A DNA stretch of 64,000 nt, from assembly GCA_000995065.1 (NCBI GenBank), contig LBWX01000003.1, forward strand, positions 153,284 to 217,283, written 5' to 3'. The notes below the pieces were generated by a model. That model was given only the letters and a program-made list of their open reading frames with translations, ran no database searches and was not told the DNA's origin. This DNA comes from a candidate division CPR2 bacterium GW2011_GWC2_39_35 (lineage in GTDB: Bacteria > Patescibacteriota > CPR2). Within the stretch, counting starts at the first letter, position 1. Each line of letters opens with the position of its first letter. The position numbers were made by a program, and so were the translations under genes. Positions 63,739-64,000 of this stretch are shown here, in pieces.

Positions 63739-64000
63739 TTAATATGGCTTTTCTCCGATGGCTGCAATATACCAACCATCCGGTCTACCATACTTTAGGG
63801 TAGCATAGCGAAGATAATAAACATCCGTCTGAACCGGATTTATATCTTTGTCGGACAAACAATCATGAAGGGGTTGATTAATCTTTTCATATTTGACCCT
63901 AAAAGTAGCAATTTGCGGTCCAAATAGATCGCTGCCATTGCCCTTATTTTCAACCCTCTTCACGTCAACAATTTCGTAGGTATATAGCTCAGCTGAAAAG
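63739..64000 (-). CDS. hypothetical protein, C-terminal part (gene likely continues beyond window end)
   Basis: ORF reading into window edge, stop at 63739. Confidence 0.3.
   Translation of the reverse strand, partial: FSAELYTYEIVDVKRVENKGNGSDLFGPQIATFRVKYEKINQPLHDCLSDKDINPVQTDVYYLRYATLKYGRPDGWYIAAIGEKPY

Overview
This is an AT-rich (roughly 36-38% GC by eye), gene-dense bacterial window. Bacterial origin is supported by Shine-Dalgarno GGAGG sites, rho-independent terminators, peptidoglycan racemases and an FtsX-type ABC transporter. The metabolic inventory looks archaeal-like: a four-subunit 2-oxoacid:ferredoxin oxidoreductase, ADP-forming acetyl-CoA synthetase, archaeal-type cofactor-independent phosphoglycerate mutase, archaeal/eukaryotic-type ProRS and PEP synthase. 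I infer a fermentative, reduced-genome lineage such as CPR/Patescibacteria; the standard genetic code appears to be in use. Positions 1-19.6 kb are almost entirely minus-strand central carbon metabolism: POR delta/gamma/beta/alpha, ADP-ACS, PfkB kinase, apgM, eno, ppsA, fba, tpiA, pgk and gap, interleaved with small membrane proteins and a polyacidic tail-anchored protein. A secreted GH1 beta-glucosidase on the plus strand interrupts this block. The middle of the window holds tRNA-Glu, Asp/Glu and Ala racemases, a FtsEX/MacB-like ABC pair, an HD hydrolase, Ogt, a UvrD-family helicase fused to an Fe-S RecB/Cas4-type nuclease, a PP2C-like/beta-propeller membrane protein, TrpRS, and a cell-envelope glycosylation locus (GT-C, GT2, acyltransferase-3 fusion, Ig-like/C39 peptidase protein, FAD oxidoreductase, Thr/Pro-rich secreted protein). 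The 3' third holds a membrane-anchored Clp/Hsp100-type ATPase with a degenerate first ATPase domain. It also holds a compact isoprenoid module (short-chain polyprenyl diphosphate synthase, Nudix-type IPP isomerase, a class-I terpene-synthase-like protein with DDxxD and NSE/DTE motifs at canonical spacing) bracketed by two paralogous multi-TM sensor histidine kinases. Further 3' are a Nudix hydrolase, PlsC, ProRS, DgkA and a PAP2 phosphatase. Several non-coding signals stand out: two dispersed repeat families, an 18-bp tandem repeat inside an operon, a conserved 40-bp palindromic motif present twice, a GC-elevated islet with a 26-bp-stem hairpin, and ~65-bp direct repeats flanking a 1.3-kb segment. 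No CRISPR array, integrase or transposase is detectable. My best candidate for an undescribed system is the histidine-kinase-bracketed terpenoid cassette; the membrane-anchored Clp-like unfoldase module is second.
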